A stretch of 64,000 nt of DNA from Strigamia acuminata (taxonomy: Eukaryota), in contig OX442314.1 of NCBI GenBank assembly GCA_949358305.1, positions 33,108,001 to 33,172,000 on the forward strand. The letters run 5' to 3'. Positions 59,914 through 64,000 of this stretch are shown in pieces; the first letter of the stretch is position 1; every line of letters begins with the position of its first letter. The translations under genes and the position numbers were made by a program. The notes under the pieces are model-generated. The model was not told the origin of the DNA, ran no database searches, and was given only the letters and a program-made list of their open reading frames with translations.

Positions 59914-61652
59914 TTATTTTTCTTCTAGTTTGTACATTTTATAGACAGCACCGTAATAATCATCCGATATCAACACACTACCATCCTCCAGCACAGCCAC
60001 ATCCACAGGCCGACCCCATCTACTATGACCGCCAGTCACCCACCCGGTAACCAAATCCATCTCTGTTCCCGGCTTCCCATCCACCCAAGGGAAAAACGAA
60101 ACCTTATTCCCACTGAGCGATGCCGCCCTATTCCAACTCCCGTGAAAAGCAACCAATGCACCGCCGCTATACTTCTCGTCCACCTTCTCACCGGTCCAAA
60201 AAGTCAAACCCAAAGGAGCGCTGTGAGCAGCCAACCCTTTATCCACCCTCCGAAAAGTCGAACACTTAACCACACTTTCCGCTGCGTTATTTCCCACATC
60301 GGGCACATAATCCAGATCGTTCATCGACTCGGATGGCACCGGGTTGCAGAAGGGCCATCCGTAGTTTTGACCCTCGACCACTTTTGTGAACTCTTCTGGC
60401 GGATTGTCGTCCACGTACTCCGACAAAACCTTGCCGTATTTACCCGAACTATCTCGGTACGGATATTGCACATTGTCTCTTTGGTTTACCACCATCCACA
60501 AGTCCTGCGTGCCGGGCGCGAAAGCCAGGCCTTCGGCATTTCGCACTCCTTCGCATACGAGGCGGCGGTCTTTTTCCCGTTAAACTGTATCCGTAAATGG
60601 CACCTTGTTTTGGTTCGGTCTCCAAGTCGCCCGGACTAGCGTTGGTTGCACTTGAAACGGACACGTACAAGGTATCTGCTCCAACGGCAATGTTTTTCAG
60701 GTAGTGGTTGTAGCCGTAGGAGCCGCTGTTGTCCGGAAGATTTGGGATGAGCACCTGAAATGATCGAAAAATGGAGGTTGATTGAAATGGTGTAAGAAGA
60801 GAGATACAGATACATCGCATTTATCTAGATGCGACGTTTAATATTGTATCTGCATAGATGCGATGTTAAATTGTTCATCCGTGCCGTATTCTAGGCAACT
60901 GCGGCGTTGGTTTTGCTCAAAACATCCCTTGAAATTTGTGCCCAGCTGCCCCTGCGGGCTGATCACTCCCCTGCAACGCAAGGCACTTGGTGCAGCTCTC
61001 GCGCACCGATCAGATGAATATATCCTACTTGGGCTTTTCCTATTCTCATGTCTCCTTCTGTGTAGGGATAGCGAGCAATTTGATTCGACTCTGCGACGTA
61101 CAAATAACTCTTTCCTCCCGCGTCTTTGTGCAACACCATGCCGTGTGGTTGTCGAAGTCCGGTCGCAAAATCGGATATTTCAACCACTACACCGGGTTTA
61201 AGCAATTTTATGGTGTTGAAGGACGGTTGCGATACGAGCACGAAGTCTCCGGGAAGAACGAGCATAAACCCTGCTCTGTTCACCCGAGCATAGAGCACGA
61301 TAGCAAAACCTTGAGGCACTTTAAGCACGTGACTTTCCACTTCTGTAACTGTGTAACTATTTGTCAATAGCCAAATTTTTCAATTTTATTTATATATCTT
61401 ACACATCTTACGCTTCTTTTGGCCTATATTTAGGGGATTGAGGGCTGTGAAGAAGACTATTAAGATTAGAGCAGCTGATAGGCAAATGACTGCAATGGCT
61501 GTAACTATTTTGAAACGTCTGGACATTGAGCGATCTAGTAATGGTTGCGTTCTTCGCCTACGAGTGACTCTCCTGGCTCTGAATGGCCTCATAGGGGTGT
61601 CGGTAGTGGACATACCAGTCGTTTGGCTGTGCTCTGGTGTTTGGGTTTGCAT
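59914..61652 (-). CDS. Bacterial-type PQQ-dependent glucose/sorbosone dehydrogenase beta-propeller with N-terminal signal anchor (module A); exons 61652-61412, ~61348-61029, 60754-59914; one +1 frameshift in the A-run at 60571-60575
   Basis: LKVPQGFAIVLYARV..FMLVLPGDFVLVSQP..FATGLRQPHGMV..LYVAESNQIARY; HYLKNIAVG; GVRNAEGLAF..LWMVVNQRD..PPEEF..GQNYGWPFCN..AHSAPLGLTF..AFHGSWNR..GRPVDVAVLEDGSVLISDDYYGAVY. GT-AG introns are phase-compatible. Confidence 0.85.
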
Positions 61653-61965
61653 TTTAAGCCTATTGCTGACGGCTTGGTAATTATTTAATTTCTCAATTGT
61701 TAATTGATTGTTATTTCTTTTTGTTTCAGTTTTTGCCAGTAGAGGTGTGTATTACAGAGCTGAATCTATAAATCCACCTTTTAAATCCGGGCGGTAATAG
61801 AGCTCAATGAGTCATTAGGTGCATTTCATACTTAAAAAGACGAATTGTCTTCCCCTTAAATCATTTAAAGAAGTGACTTCAACTGACAAATAATTCAATT
61901 GGTCTTTTGAAGTTTGTACACCAAAAACCACATAAACAGAAACCGTGAATGCGCCACTGTCTCAC

Positions 61966-62632
61966 TTCGGCTTTTCCTAAACGTGTGTCTCCTTGTTTGT
62001 AAGGATAACGAGCAATCTGATTGGACTCTGCAATGTACAAATAAGTCTTTCCGTCTTTGTCTTTGTGCAGCACCATGTCGTGAGGTTGTTTCAGTCCGCT
62101 CGCAAATTCGGACACCTCGATGTCGTCCGGACCCGGTTTGAGCAGTTGGATCTTATCGTATCTTGGTTGCGACACCAGCACGAAGTCTCCGGGCAGAGCG
62201 AGCAAAAATCGTGCGCTTTCCACACGCGCGTACAGCTCGATGGCGAACCCGTCCGGGACTCGAAGTTTATCGACTACAGAAGAGGAGGAAGAAAAGTCTG
62301 CTGTAGTCATTTTCGGGTCATCTAATTCTACTGTTTAGGAAATAAAAATTATAAAAATGTGGATTTTTCGTTTGATTTCTGATACCTTTGTCATCGCTTG
62401 ATCGGGTCAGCATAACGATAACTGCGATGATGGCAACCACGATCCCGATTATTACGACTGCGGCGATTGCGACGAAGCAAATTATTTTGATTTGTCTGGC
62501 TTTCCTTTTTTTGGCTCTTTGATTACCCAAGGGAGTGCTCGTTGAAGCGGCTGGTCCGTTTGGTCCGGGTGGTAGGTTTGGTCCGGGTGGTCGGTTTGGT
62601 CCGGCTGGTAGGCTTGGTCCGACAGAAGCCAT
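61966..62632 (-). CDS. Second 5' module (B) of the same dehydrogenase family; exons 62632-62386 and 62330-61966, with no private 3' exon
   Basis: Pro-rich N-terminus, basic patch, TM helix (IICFVAIAAVVIIGIVVAIIAVIVML), then LRVPDGFAIELYARVESARFLLALPGDFVLVSQP...LGKAE|GTGAG, a donor at the same position and phase as module A. Confidence 0.8.
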
Positions 62633-63431
62633 TGCAATTTCTACCACAAATAGATGAATTGGAACAATGGAAATAAATAAATGTCGTCACAATTGTGAGA
62701 TCACTTTTGTCGATGTTTTGGAAAAATGCTTTGTAAATTAAACAACAGAGTGCGGAGTAGTGAAACTGGTTCCGGTTTGTACTTGGTTCTTTCAAAGATT
62801 TTATATTAAGATATGTATTTGGATGTTGTACAGGATATGAAGGGAATGTGATTTGAAGTTTTACATTTTATTTTGCAGTTTTGAATTTATTGTGAAATAA
62901 CCAAATAGAAATTGTGAAAAACATTGTATCGAAAATGCGAAAATCGAGATAAAACGACAAGCGACATGGAATGAAGAACATAAACAGTAACTGTTGCTAT
63001 GCCGACGGAAAACTATTAGTCGTGCTCCTCAGGTAGTTAGTAACAATTGTTCACACCAGAGTGAAGCTGCAACTCACAAGGGGAGAGCACCAATAAGCTA
63101 TCACAGATTGTTGTAATATTAAACAAGAAGGATTGTTATATCATGCTGAATGAGACCCTAAAATAATTTCATTCCATAAACAGCCAACAATGCAAACAAT
63201 GAGCTGAAAGTTGGCACTATTTTGTCTGTGTATACATCAAATCTGAGCAATCAGGCCTAGTGTATGAATACTGTAAACAACAGTTGCTAGGTAAAGAATA
63301 GTTCCAAGATCCAAGTTCAATTTTATCATTTGAGATTCAATGATGTCATTTCCTCTTTTGATATCACATGACATATGACATCAGAACTTTGTTCAACAAC
63401 ATGACTGTCTTCATGAAGACAATCATAGTTT

Positions 63432-63503
63432 GTAGTGGTGGTCCAGTGGTTCAGGTAATGGACTAGGAATCTTTCCACACAGGTTCAAATCCTGCTGTCT
63501 GTG
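63432..63503 (+). pseudogene. tRNA-derived Pol III cassette (left arm of palindrome 2)
   Basis: A-box TGGTCCAGTGG, B-box GGTTCAAATCC, downstream T-run. Confidence 0.65.
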
Positions 63504-63673
63504 AAAATTTTTTACTTTAATTTTTTAATTTTTTTTAGCAGTAATTTTAATGTTTGTAATTTTATGTTTGTTAAAAAATTAAAATTAATTAATTAAAGTT
63601 TTTTAACAAACATAAAATTACAAACATTAAAATTACTGCTAAAAAAAATTAAAAAATTAAAGTAAAAAATTTT

Positions 63674-63745
63674 CACAGACAGCAGGATTTGAACCTGTGT
63701 GGAAAGATTCCTAGTCCATTACCTGAACCACTGGACCACCACTAC
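63674..63745 (-). pseudogene. tRNA-derived Pol III cassette (right arm of palindrome 2)
   Basis: Reverse complement of 63432-63503. Confidence 0.65.
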
Positions 63746-64000
63746 AAGCTATTATTGTCTTCATGAAGACAGTCATGTTGTTGAACAAAGTTGTGATGTC
63801 ATATGTCATGTGATATCAAAAGAGGAAATGACATCATTGAATCTCAAATGATAAAATTGAACTTGGATCTTGGAACTATTTTTTACCTAGCAACTGTTGT
63901 TTACAGTATTCATACACTAGGCCTGATTGCTCAGATTTGATGTATACACAGACAAAATAGTGCCAACTTTCAGCTCATTGTTTGCATTGTTGGCTGTTTA

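Larger units (their letters stand above)
63076..64000. mobile_element. Palindromic fold-back element, copy 2 (centre ~63587; right arm runs off the window)
   Basis: Starts ACAAGGGGAG, is colinear with 14261-15288, and its arms are reverse complements of each other. Confidence 0.9.

Noticed and set aside
59914..62632. Bacterial contamination
   Set aside because: It has phase-consistent spliceosomal introns and AT-rich flanks, and the adjacent palindrome family also occurs at 14 kb next to animal genes.

Overview
Eukaryotic (animal) genomic DNA. It is AT-rich with short GT-AG introns, and the RPB9, SF3B4 and MMP sequences look arthropod-like, though the taxon is my inference. 1.9-13.8 kb holds intact genes: a divergent intronless TBP paralogue, two BTB-Kelch genes, SF3B4 and LRRC23. 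13.8-59.6 kb is a mosaic of nested transposons and short, unrelated host-gene fragments (MMP, EB-module, cadherin, GPCR, an SF3B4 intron, mRNA capping enzyme) around an intact intronless RPB9. It includes a decayed Copia element whose 5' end is replaced in frame by capping-enzyme sequence. That Copia carries a young intact Ty3/Gypsy element (about 99% identical LTRs, ATAT TSD, tRNA-Ala PBS, GGGAAAC -1 frameshift) and a mini-LTR element that itself carries a solo LTR. 59.9-62.6 kb encodes a bacterial-type glucose/sorbosone dehydrogenase with introns and a membrane anchor, where two alternative 5' modules appear to share one catalytic exon. The most unusual non-coding feature is a ~1 kb near-perfect palindromic element present twice (14.3-15.3 kb and 63.1 kb to the end). 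Each copy has two convergent tRNA-like Pol III cassettes and copy-specific variants mirrored in both arms. All calls come from reading the sequence and recognising motifs; no searches were run.
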